Virus record (IMG/VR): IMGVR_UViG_3300017917_003822
Location: 186,001-250,000 of that record
Length of the DNA stretch: 64,000 nucleotides
Strand: one strand, 5' to 3'
The notes beneath the pieces were generated by a model, which saw nothing but the letters and a program-made list of their open reading frames with translations, searched no databases and had not been told where the DNA came from. Position 1 is the stretch's first letter, and every line of letters begins with the position of its first letter. The position numbers were made by a program, and so were the translations under genes. Below, one piece after another: positions 56,348-64,000 of the stretch.

Positions 56348-56425
56348 TATTTATCAACAACTAAAATTTTTATAATAAGGAATGACTAAATTTGTAATTT
56401 TTAACTTTAATTTTAATTTATATTT

Positions 56426-57868
56426 ATGACAACTATTTTATCTTTGGTATCTTACATAGTACCTGCAATTATCGGAATCTTTATTTTAATTTATATTCTC
56501 TCATTAAGGAGAATTGTACCAACCAATGTGGTTCACATCGTTCAAAGAGGAAACCAAACTGTTTCATACGGAACAAATAAACAATCAAATGTTTATTATG
56601 AATGGCCAAGCTGGCTACCTAAATTAGGGGTAACTGTTCGTGTTCTTCCTGTATCTAACTTCGATATTGATTTGAAACGTTATGAAGCTTATGATAAAGA
56701 TCGTGTACCATTTGTCGTCGACGTTAAAGCTTTCTTCCATATTTCGAATACAAACATTGCAGCTGAAAAGGTTGAATCTTTCGAAGAACTTAGAGGCCAA
56801 TTAGAAAATGTAGTTCAAGGTGCGGTTCGTTCAATCTTAGCTAAATCTAAATTGGAAGAGATCATGGAGGAACGTTCAGTCTTTGGTAAACAATTTACCG
56901 ACGCAGTCAACACAGATTTACAAAACTGGGGTGTTGAAGCAATAAAAAGTATTGAATTAATGGACGTAAGAGACGCTGACGGATCTCACGTAATCCAACA
57001 GATCATGGCAAAACGTATGTCAGCAATCGACATGGAATCAAGAACTGAAGTTGCTAAAAACCAGAAACTTGCGAAACAGGCAGAGCTTGAAGCCAAAAAA
57101 GAGATTGATGTAACTACGGCGGAGACTGAGAGAATTGCCGGAGAAGCACAAGCACAATCTCAACAAGCAATCGGTATCGCCAAAGCAGAATCGATGAAGA
57201 AAACTGGTATTGCCGAACAAGAGTCAATTTCAGAAATTGCCAGAGCCGAAAGAGCCACTGCAGAACAGCAAATGGAGGTTGTTAAGGTCAACCAGGTAAA
57301 ACAAGCAGAGATCGACAGAGAGCGTGAAATTATTACTGCCGAACAGGAAAAACAAAAAATGGAAATCCAGGCACAGGCTGATAAATTTAGAATTGAAACC
57401 GAAGCTGCTGCTCAATTAGAAGCAAAAAGAAAAGAGGCTGAGGCTGTTAAAACCGTCGGATCCGCAGAAGCAGAGGTTATTAAGGCTAAGGGTATTTCAG
57501 AGGCTGAATCTAAAAAGGCAATGGAATTGGCAGGGGTAACTGCACAAACAACACTGGCGAAAGAAATTGGTGAGAACAAGCCTTATCAAGAGTACTTAAT
57601 TAAAGTTAAGGAAGTTGAAGTTAGTCAAGTTGTTGGAGTTGCTCAGTATGAGTCTATGGCAAAAGCATTATCAGCAGCTGACTTAAAGCTATTAGTTAAC
57701 AGTGGAGATGTTCATTCTGGAATTGGTAAGTTATCTGACTTATTTACATCAAAGGGTGCATCTCAGATTAACGGGTTACTTGAAGGTCTAAAACAAACCG
57801 ACGAGGGCAAGAATTTATTAGAGATGCTGAACGGCTTAACTTCGTCTAAGGTTACTAAATCTGAATAA
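56426..57868 (+). CDS. SPFH/flotillin family membrane protein
   Basis: N-terminal TM, band-7 domain, Ala/Glu/Gln-rich coiled coil. Confidence 0.85.
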   Translation: MTTILSLVSYIVPAIIGIFILIYILSLRRIVPTNVVHIVQRGNQTVSYGTNKQSNVYYEWPSWLPKLGVTVRVLPVSNFDIDLKRYEAYDKDRVPFVVDVKAFFHISNTNIAAEKVESFEELRGQLENVVQGAVRSILAKSKLEEIMEERSVFGKQFTDAVNTDLQNWGVEAIKSIELMDVRDADGSHVIQQIMAKRMSAIDMESRTEVAKNQKLAKQAELEAKKEIDVTTAETERIAGEAQAQSQQAIGIAKAESMKKTGIAEQESISEIARAERATAEQQMEVVKVNQVKQAEIDREREIITAEQEKQKMEIQAQADKFRIETEAAAQLEAKRKEAEAVKTVGSAEAEVIKAKGISEAESKKAMELAGVTAQTTLAKEIGENKPYQEYLIKVKEVEVSQVVGVAQYESMAKALSAADLKLLVNSGDVHSGIGKLSDLFTSKGASQINGLLEGLKQTDEGKNLLEMLNGLTSSKVTKSE

Positions 57869-57872
57869 CAGG

Positions 57873-58220
57873 ATGAAGGTTATTATAGCAGGAAGCAGAG
57901 AATTCTCAAATTTCCAACTCATGTTTGCCAAATGCGAGGAGATACTCGGGGACGCTGAACAGGTAGAAATTGTCAGCGGAACAGCAAGAGGAGCGGATAA
58001 AATGGGAGAGCACTATGCTAGTCTAAAAGGGTTCAAAGTTAAACAATTTCCCGCTGACTGGAATAAATTCGGCAAGGCTGCTGGTCACATTAGAAATAAA
58101 GAGATGGCAGAATACGCAGATATGCTGATAGCTTTCTGGGATGGAATAAGTTCAGGAACCAGTAGCATGATTAATCTCGCTAAGGAGAATGGACTTGAAG
58201 TTCACGTCATTAGATATTAA
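57873..58220 (+). CDS. SLOG-family protein (YspA/DUF2493-like)
   Basis: IIAGSR, VSGTARGAD, FPADW..GKAAG.IRN, AFWDG.S.GT..MI. Confidence 0.85.
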   Translation: MKVIIAGSREFSNFQLMFAKCEEILGDAEQVEIVSGTARGADKMGEHYASLKGFKVKQFPADWNKFGKAAGHIRNKEMAEYADMLIAFWDGISSGTSSMINLAKENGLEVHVIRY

Positions 58221-58241
58221 ATAATCTCGAAACACACTAAC

Positions 58242-58271
58242 AAAAAACCCAATCATCAGATTGGGTTTTTT
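58242..58271. terminator. bidirectional terminator
   Basis: AAAAAACCCAATC/GATTGGGTTTTTT between convergent genes. Confidence 0.8.
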
Positions 58272-58283
58272 ATTGTTTTTTTA

Positions 58284-58553
58284 TTATGAGTAGGGTTTAT
58301 CCATCGTTGGGTAACCTGTTCTGTCCATACATTTTTTAAGATACCCCATGGCCTCATTAATATATCCCTCATATGTGTGTGCCTCCTCCATATCATCGTG
58401 ATAATCTTTAGCTTCCTTTGTCAGATACTCCTCACAAAGTTTTTCCATCTGCATTTTAGCAGATTCACTCATACAAGAACTTCCCTCCTGCATTCCGTAA
58501 TTTTCCTGAATTTCGGAAATCCCGTAATTTTCATAAGATTGTAAATTTTTCAT
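58284..58553 (-). CDS. acidic hypothetical protein, CTS-like N-terminus
   Basis: MKNLQSYENY. Confidence 0.7.
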   Translation of the reverse strand: MKNLQSYENYGISEIQENYGMQEGSSCMSESAKMQMEKLCEEYLTKEAKDYHDDMEEAHTYEGYINEAMGYLKKCMDRTGYPTMDKPYS

Positions 58554-58571
58554 AGTATTTTATTTAATTTT

Positions 58572-58820
58572 TTATTGTTCGTCTCCAGTTTTTTTGGAAT
58601 TTTTAGCTGAAAATATTTTTTCGATTACAGTTAAACCTAAACCACCACCTGCTATTAAAACAAGGGCATCAAACATAAACTCCGGAGTAACGAAATCCTT
58701 AGAATTTATTGTTGCAACCCAGGTTAAGATTATCACATTAAATAATGCAAAAAGTGCGGCGAACCTCTTGCTAGAAGTATCACTTTGCCCCGAAAGTAGG
58801 TCGTTAAAAAACTTTTTCAT
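58572..58820 (-). CDS. 2-TM small membrane protein, holin candidate
   Basis: SSKR followed by two TM segments; late motif upstream. Confidence 0.5.
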   Translation of the reverse strand: MKKFFNDLLSGQSDTSSKRFAALFALFNVIILTWVATINSKDFVTPEFMFDALVLIAGGGLGLTVIEKIFSAKNSKKTGDEQ

Positions 58821-58842
58821 GTCTATTTTGGTTATTTTAATC

Positions 58843-58871
58843 TATATATCTGAAAATGACTTAAATATATA
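58843..58871. promoter_or_regulatory. divergent pair of putative late promoters
   Basis: GATATATA minus (58843-50, 22 nt to ATG) and AATATATA plus (58864-71, 4 nt to ATG). Confidence 0.6.
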
Positions 58872-58875
58872 GTAC

Positions 58876-59313
58876 ATGAAGAATCTACTTGAATATAATC
58901 ACTGGAACAATAACAGCATAAAATGGAACCAAGGAGGCTGGTTGTTGATTAAAGGTAAACCTAATAAAGAGGGTAAATCTCACATTTTCGCAGCACAGGT
59001 TAGAAACGTGAGCCAGCTTGCTAGATATAAGACTAGTGGCAAGGAAGGTATACCCGTTAATATGGCGAATCTATATCCAGATTTTTATGGGATTGTTACC
59101 GATAGTTCGGGTGAAATAAAGGCTATGAAACTTATTTCAGATACAGCTTATATAGATAAGTGGATTGGTTTAAAAAATCTTAGTGTTGGTCTAAATAAAA
59201 ACAAGACTCTAAATTGGAGAGAAACCATTGCAGAAACATCACTGAGCAAGGTACTAAAATCAAATGAAGGTTTACTAAAAAATTCAGATGAATTTATAAT
59301 ACCTCAGAAATAA
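58876..59313 (+). CDS. hypothetical protein, CTS-like N-terminus
   Basis: MKNLLEYNHW. Confidence 0.7.
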   Translation: MKNLLEYNHWNNNSIKWNQGGWLLIKGKPNKEGKSHIFAAQVRNVSQLARYKTSGKEGIPVNMANLYPDFYGIVTDSSGEIKAMKLISDTAYIDKWIGLKNLSVGLNKNKTLNWRETIAETSLSKVLKSNEGLLKNSDEFIIPQK

Positions 59314-59345
59314 ACCGGCAGTTTATATTTTAAATATAAAATAAA

Positions 59346-59921
59346 CTATTTCTTATTTTTTAATAGATCATTAATAACCCATTGATCTCTCTCATCAATA
59401 TGGATATCACTTAGATCCGTGTATGGTATTTTTTCTAGTTCCAAATAATTTTTAATTATGGAGTCTATTTTGACGATTTCCTCCTTATCGTGGAATCTTA
59501 TCCCGTCTGAAGTCTCCTCGTCATCCAAAAATGGAGGAACGTAATATATCTTGTGCCATCTCCCTATTGATTTTAATATCTCTTTCTGAATGTGATTGAT
59601 GGTTGCAATATCCTTCAGACTGAGATTTGTACTAAATAGAGATCTGAAATAAAAATAATTAAGAACAGAGCTGGAGTCACAAACTATCCACTCCTTACTT
59701 CCCATGTACATGCTCTCCCTTGCAAGCTGCTTATAGAATATAACAATCTGATCCGTCGGGGTATCAGGTATTCCCCACTCGGCTATGTAATCAGTAGCAG
59801 CCTCACCTACAAAGACTGAATTTTTCTTTCTAATCTTTAAACCATGATGTACCGAAGTTGCCAATGTGCTTTTTCCTGAACTTGGTGCACCTATAACTGA
59901 AACTAATTTAGATGTGCTCAT
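59346..59921 (-). CDS. NadR/Ttd14-like P-loop kinase (AAA_28)
   Basis: GAPSSGKST, E.A.DYI, VCDS, DGIR. Confidence 0.7.
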   Translation of the reverse strand: MSTSKLVSVIGAPSSGKSTLATSVHHGLKIRKKNSVFVGEAATDYIAEWGIPDTPTDQIVIFYKQLARESMYMGSKEWIVCDSSSVLNYFYFRSLFSTNLSLKDIATINHIQKEILKSIGRWHKIYYVPPFLDDEETSDGIRFHDKEEIVKIDSIIKNYLELEKIPYTDLSDIHIDERDQWVINDLLKNKK

Positions 59922-59973
59922 TATTTTCTATTTTAATTTTATATCAAAGGTGTTTAAAATAATTTCACATTTA

Positions 59974-60005
59974 TTTTTTATTACCGTGAATCTTTTTTAC
60001 ATTTG
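59974..60005 (+). promoter_or_regulatory. T-tract/CG-N11/TAnnTTTG promoter
   Basis: CG 59985-86, TACATTTG 59998-60005. Confidence 0.7.
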
Positions 60006-60040
60006 TCATCTATAAAAACAAAAAACAAAATTATTAAAAA

Positions 60041-60598
60041 ATGGAAACATCAAAAATTATTAAGTACTCAATTATTGCATTAGTTGCATTTTTATTCATT
60101 GGGATATTCTCCAGTGTGATCTCAGTTTCTAACCAGGAGGTTGATTTAAGAAACAGATTCAAACAAAAGATGGATCAGAGAACTGCATTTTACGACAAAA
60201 TGTGGAAGACTATTTCTCAGAAATCTCAAGTTGCGATCAAGAATGATAGCTCATTCGCAAAGAATGTTAATGTCATCATGGAGGGAAGAAAGGATGCACC
60301 TCAAGTCTTTATGAAGTGGGTCCAAGAAAGTAATCCGAACGCAAATTATGAATCAGTTGCAGCTTTATATGGAGACCTTAGCAGAGCTATCGAGGGACAA
60401 AGAAACGATTTCTTCATGGAGGAAAAAATGATCCAGGGAATAGTTTTAGAGCACGATAATATAATGTCAAAATTCCCATCTGGATTTATCCTATCAACAT
60501 TTATGGGCAGAACAAAACTTGTCTATAAGCCTATCACATCGGACAGAACCGACGAGGTCATTAAAACCGGCAAGGATAACGACGTGGACGTATTCTAA
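60041..60598 (+). CDS. membrane-anchored helical protein (LemA-like topology)
   Basis: N-terminal TM; W..ESNP, IE..R..F, FP. Confidence 0.6.
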   Translation: METSKIIKYSIIALVAFLFIGIFSSVISVSNQEVDLRNRFKQKMDQRTAFYDKMWKTISQKSQVAIKNDSSFAKNVNVIMEGRKDAPQVFMKWVQESNPNANYESVAALYGDLSRAIEGQRNDFFMEEKMIQGIVLEHDNIMSKFPSGFILSTFMGRTKLVYKPITSDRTDEVIKTGKDNDVDVF

Positions 60599-60662
60599 TA
60601 TTCAATAAAAAACTAAAGCCAGTCTTAGGACTGGCTTCTTATAATTTTTAAATCGTATCAAT

Positions 60663-61871
60663 ATGTCAATCTGGTTTTGTTTACTTATACCCGTAGTGGG
60701 TGCTTTAGTTATGCTAAAGTGGTTCAGAAAAAATCTTGCCTGGTGGGAGGTTATTGTTCCCGCTGTTGTTTGTTTTTTATTCATACTAATCTTTAAACTG
60801 ACGGTTGAAAGAATCCAGGTTAATGATACTGAATATCACGGAGCAATCATAACGGAGGCAAGATATTATGAGTATTGGGAAACTTATGTTCATAAAACAT
60901 GCACAAGGACAGTTAGCTGTGGTAAGAATTGCACGACCACGGTTAGCTACGATTGTTCATATTGTGACGAGACACCGAAACGTTGGACCGTTGTTAATTC
61001 ATTGGGTGAGGAATTTAGAGTATCGGAAGAATATTATAAATATCTGACTAAAAAATGGAAAGCAACACCAAAATTTGTTGAACTTAATAGAGATATTGAT
61101 TATACTGGTGGTTGTGGACAGGACGGAGATATGTACGTCATTAAATGGAATGTTGATCCGATGACTGCTGAATCAACCACAACTGATCACTGGTACGAAA
61201 ATAGAATACAGGCAGCACACACCGCATTCGATTTCGTTGATGTTACTGAAGAAGATGTCAAAAAATACTCTCTCTACGATTATCCCGACGTAAATGGATT
61301 CCACCAGGAAACTGTTCTTGGAATGGATAAAGCCAAATGGATCACCAAGATCCAAACTAACCGAATGAAACAATGGGGTAAATTTCTAAATGGTCATCTG
61401 GGAGTAAAGAAACATGCCCGCATCTATTTTCTTTTCTTTGTTGATAAATCAATGTTAGCTGCAAATATGCAGGAGGCTTATTGGGACGGAGGAAATGATA
61501 ACGAGCTAGTTGTTTGCATTGGACTTAGCAGTAAATCCAAGGAGATTCAATGGGTTAAACCTTTCTCATGGTCACCAACGGGAAGAATAGTTCCTGATGT
61601 TCGTGAGGGTATAATGAAAAATCCAGATTTTAATGTTGATCAAATAGCAAAAACCGTTTGGAGTACTGTCGATAAAGAATATGTTAGAAGAGACTTCGAG
61701 GAATTTTCATATGTAACGGTTGAACCTCCTACATGGGCTATTTGGGTAACATTCTTTATAACTTTGGCAATAACAATTGGAATTTGTTATTGGGCAGTTG
61801 TTAATGATATAGATGGGGGCAACGATCCGATATTCGGAAAAACAAATCGCTATGGAGGATATAGATATTAA
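60663..61871 (+). CDS. membrane protein with Cys-rich periplasmic domain
   Basis: 2 N-terminal and 1 C-terminal TM; CTRTVSCGKNC...YDCSYC; GGNDNELVVCIG. Confidence 0.7.
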   Translation: MSIWFCLLIPVVGALVMLKWFRKNLAWWEVIVPAVVCFLFILIFKLTVERIQVNDTEYHGAIITEARYYEYWETYVHKTCTRTVSCGKNCTTTVSYDCSYCDETPKRWTVVNSLGEEFRVSEEYYKYLTKKWKATPKFVELNRDIDYTGGCGQDGDMYVIKWNVDPMTAESTTTDHWYENRIQAAHTAFDFVDVTEEDVKKYSLYDYPDVNGFHQETVLGMDKAKWITKIQTNRMKQWGKFLNGHLGVKKHARIYFLFFVDKSMLAANMQEAYWDGGNDNELVVCIGLSSKSKEIQWVKPFSWSPTGRIVPDVREGIMKNPDFNVDQIAKTVWSTVDKEYVRRDFEEFSYVTVEPPTWAIWVTFFITLAITIGICYWAVVNDIDGGNDPIFGKTNRYGGYRY

Positions 61872-62193
61872 AAAAACGGTGTCTTTTAAAAATAGACACG
61901 GAAAGGAGATCCTAATTTCAAGAACTGGACTAAATGAATTTAGAATGAGAGGGATTGACACCTTCTTTATGAGAACTTCAACAACCGATGATGGAAAACT
62001 TATTATGTTTGATCCTTCAGGTGGTCCTTATATGACAGCAGAGCACAATGATAGTCCAGGAATAGATATGGGATTTTTTGATATCGAGTGGGAAGGACTT
62101 AGAGTTGAATCTATGACCTGGGGTGAAATTAGTGGAGAAGTTATTCTAAAGTGCTATTCAGAAAAACCAGTAGATTGGGTTGAAGTTAAATAA
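61852..62193 (+). CDS. hypothetical protein (DPSGGP)
   Basis: NRHG...FDPSGGPY. Confidence 0.7.
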   Translation: MEDIDIKKTVSFKNRHGKEILISRTGLNEFRMRGIDTFFMRTSTTDDGKLIMFDPSGGPYMTAEHNDSPGIDMGFFDIEWEGLRVESMTWGEISGEVILKCYSEKPVDWVEVK

Positions 62194-62770
62194 AAGCTCT
62201 CTTCTTAATCTCCAGATACTTATTTATATTCTTTTCGAACTCTTCCTTGGTCTGGTTTATTTTTCCGAGGAAGATTTCTCTTTCCCTTTCTGTTAATCTA
62301 TTGTAAACCTTGATAAAGGAACCCGGATCTGATTTATAGACGTCAACAATCACATTTCCAAAGTTGGCATCTTGTCCCGTTGTTGCGTAGTCTATCGCTC
62401 TGCCCTTTCTGCTTTTATATCTCTTTCTTGCCCATTCCAGAACGTAGAAAAATCTAAGATTCCAATCATCAAGAGTTCTTATCTCGGTAAATCTCTTAAG
62501 AATATGAACATGGAATGAATTTTGATATCCCGGGGTCGATTTTCTTATCGGCCCATTTCCATAAATTGTGATGCAATTACCGGGCCTATCCATATCAAGT
62601 TCATCATTATAAAGTCTCATATTTCCATTATCCCAGATCCTGTCGGTTGTGGAATCATAAAACCCAACAGATTCTAAAACTGAAAAAATAGGCAGGGCCT
62701 TTACCTCATCCAGGGTATAGTTATAACCATTAGATTCGAAAAGAGCAAAGGACTTTAAATTGATCATCAT
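62186..62770 (-). CDS. hypothetical protein, CTS-like N-terminus
   Basis: MINLKSFALFES; AATATATA at 62794-62801 minus. Confidence 0.7.
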   Translation of the reverse strand: MMINLKSFALFESNGYNYTLDEVKALPIFSVLESVGFYDSTTDRIWDNGNMRLYNDELDMDRPGNCITIYGNGPIRKSTPGYQNSFHVHILKRFTEIRTLDDWNLRFFYVLEWARKRYKSRKGRAIDYATTGQDANFGNVIVDVYKSDPGSFIKVYNRLTEREREIFLGKINQTKEEFEKNINKYLEIKKRAFI

Positions 62771-62800
62771 ACGTGTGGTTTAAATTTATCCCATATATAT

Positions 62801-62832
62801 TTTTTTTATTCCGATGCTTTTTTATACATTTG
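62801..62832 (+). promoter_or_regulatory. T-tract/CG-N11/TAnnTTTG promoter
   Basis: CG 62812-13, TACATTTG 62825-32. Confidence 0.7.
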
Positions 62833-62843
62833 TAAAAAAAATA

Positions 62844-63602
62844 ATGGATATGAACCCTATATTGGAATCAGTAAAAGATTTTTGTCAGGTTAGAAACACC
62901 GGAAGAGCGTATGAGAATGGACCAGAACCAACTCCAAGGGTTAATTTCATAATCAGCCTATTAGAAAAGTTTGAGATACCGTACGAGATCGATGTGTTCG
63001 ATGATTTTGATACGAATCTATATAATATCGTCATGAGAGGAACGAGTAAAAGAATGGTGATAGCACATCATGATATAGTCAATCCCAACTCAGAAAATGC
63101 CAATGATAACTCAGCATCAGTTATTAATGCGATCTATTTAAAGTCGCTGGTACCTGAACTTAACGTGGTTATTACCGACGGTGAGGAAGTTGGTTTCCGC
63201 GGTGCTAGAAGATTGGCCAAGAGAATAGTTAGCGGCGATTTTGGTGAGATTGAGTGGGTTCTCAATATAGAACTATCGGGAAGAGGGGGTAAACATTTCA
63301 TGATAGGTAAACATGACGGCAAACTAACCGAACATATCGTGGACATGTTCGATCCACCGATTGTGCAGACCCCAGGAAGCGATTGTTATGCGCTTGCTTC
63401 ATATGGGATAGATACTAATGTAATCAATCCACTTCCACTTCTGAGCGAAGGTCAGATTTCAGAAATAGCTAGCAACAATGGGTATTTGGATAATTCGTCA
63501 TGGTGGTTATGTCACAGCGACGAGGACACTCTAGACAAGATATCAACGAAAGACATGGAAGAGTTCGTAACTGAGGTTCTTGTTCCGATTGTAACAAAAT
63601 AA
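62844..63602 (+). CDS. M28-family zinc peptidase
   Basis: AHHD, ANDNSAS, DGEEVG..G, LNIE, SD, HS.ED. Confidence 0.82.
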   Translation: MDMNPILESVKDFCQVRNTGRAYENGPEPTPRVNFIISLLEKFEIPYEIDVFDDFDTNLYNIVMRGTSKRMVIAHHDIVNPNSENANDNSASVINAIYLKSLVPELNVVITDGEEVGFRGARRLAKRIVSGDFGEIEWVLNIELSGRGGKHFMIGKHDGKLTEHIVDMFDPPIVQTPGSDCYALASYGIDTNVINPLPLLSEGQISEIASNNGYLDNSSWWLCHSDEDTLDKISTKDMEEFVTEVLVPIVTK

Positions 63603-63610
63603 AAATATAA

Positions 63611-63811
63611 ATGATAGGAGCAGTTGTAATTAAAGCGGAGTACATCTCGGAGGCCAAAGAGAAATACGGTAATGAAATGGTGGATAAGATCTTCACTCTA
63701 ATGAAAGGACAACATCCGGATACCATTTTATGGGAACTAGAAAATGAGGAAAAAGAATGTTTTTTGTTACTGATGAAAAATAGATATCAAAAAGATGAAA
63801 CAAAAAACTAA
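63611..63811 (+). CDS. hypothetical protein
   Basis: 66 aa ORF. Confidence 0.6.
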   Translation: MIGAVVIKAEYISEAKEKYGNEMVDKIFTLMKGQHPDTILWELENEEKECFLLLMKNRYQKDETKN

Positions 63812-63881
63812 ATGGCGGATATAGTAAAAGACAACTCTAGAAGGCTTGGTTTAAACCACTCATAGATGTTTGTTTTGGTTC

Positions 63882-63910
63882 ACCAGGGTCCAATTGGACT
63901 CTGGTTTTTT
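63882..63910 (+). terminator. intrinsic terminator
   Basis: CCAGGGTCC/GGACTCTGG plus T-tract. Confidence 0.65.
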
Positions 63911-63945
63911 GTTTCCCGTGAATATATAAAAAAAATCTTGTTGTT

Positions 63946-64000
63946 ATGGGTCTAACTAGTTCAGAAATAGTTGAAGAAATTCTTCATGAATGCCACAAAT
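63946..64000 (+). CDS. start of a gene truncated by the window edge
   Basis: MGLTSSEIVEEILHECHK after AATATATA 63921-28. Confidence 0.45.
   Translation, partial: MGLTSSEIVEEILHECHK

Noticed and set aside
56363-56394. Additional CG-class promoter before the flotillin gene
   Set aside because: TAAATTTG is present but the CG at 11 nt is absent; possibly an ordinary host-type promoter, so not counted.
1-64000. Stop-codon reassignment (seen in some Bacteroidota phages)
   Set aside because: Conserved genes are full-length in the standard code, and TAG and TGA end genes at the expected positions.

Overview
A 64 kb segment of a large (jumbo-type) lytic dsDNA phage, very probably infecting Bacteroidota: AT-rich, about 130 tightly packed, mostly short genes in the standard code, AT-rich leaders, and 13 copies of the Bacteroidota -7 promoter box TAnnTTTG. 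No tRNA, rRNA or CRISPR array was recognised. Recognisable genes: LamG/Thr-linker fibre-like proteins, thioredoxin, four putative peptidoglycan enzymes, UDP-glucuronate decarboxylase, GalE, GT25/GT2/methyltransferase, DEDD exonuclease, AEP-like protein plus Dda-like helicase, and a large RNA-repair and translation-rescue set (two RNA ligases, kinase, phosphoesterase, cyclic-phosphate receiver domain, Thg1, CCA enzyme, Pth2, SmpB, ClpP, HD hydrolase, macrodomain). The most striking element is absent from the ORF track: an AT-rich island at about 24.1-25.5 kb with attC-like TAAC...GTTA hairpins, small genes bounded by complementary core sites, and the 3' remnant of a tyrosine recombinase. This looks like an integron-like cassette array in a phage, with start codons located inside the att hairpins. 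Two rigid promoter classes are also readable, and a putative late RATATATA motif marks a dispersed family of proteins with N-termini resembling the T4 capsid-targeting signal. All functional calls come from motifs recognised by eye; no database search was run.
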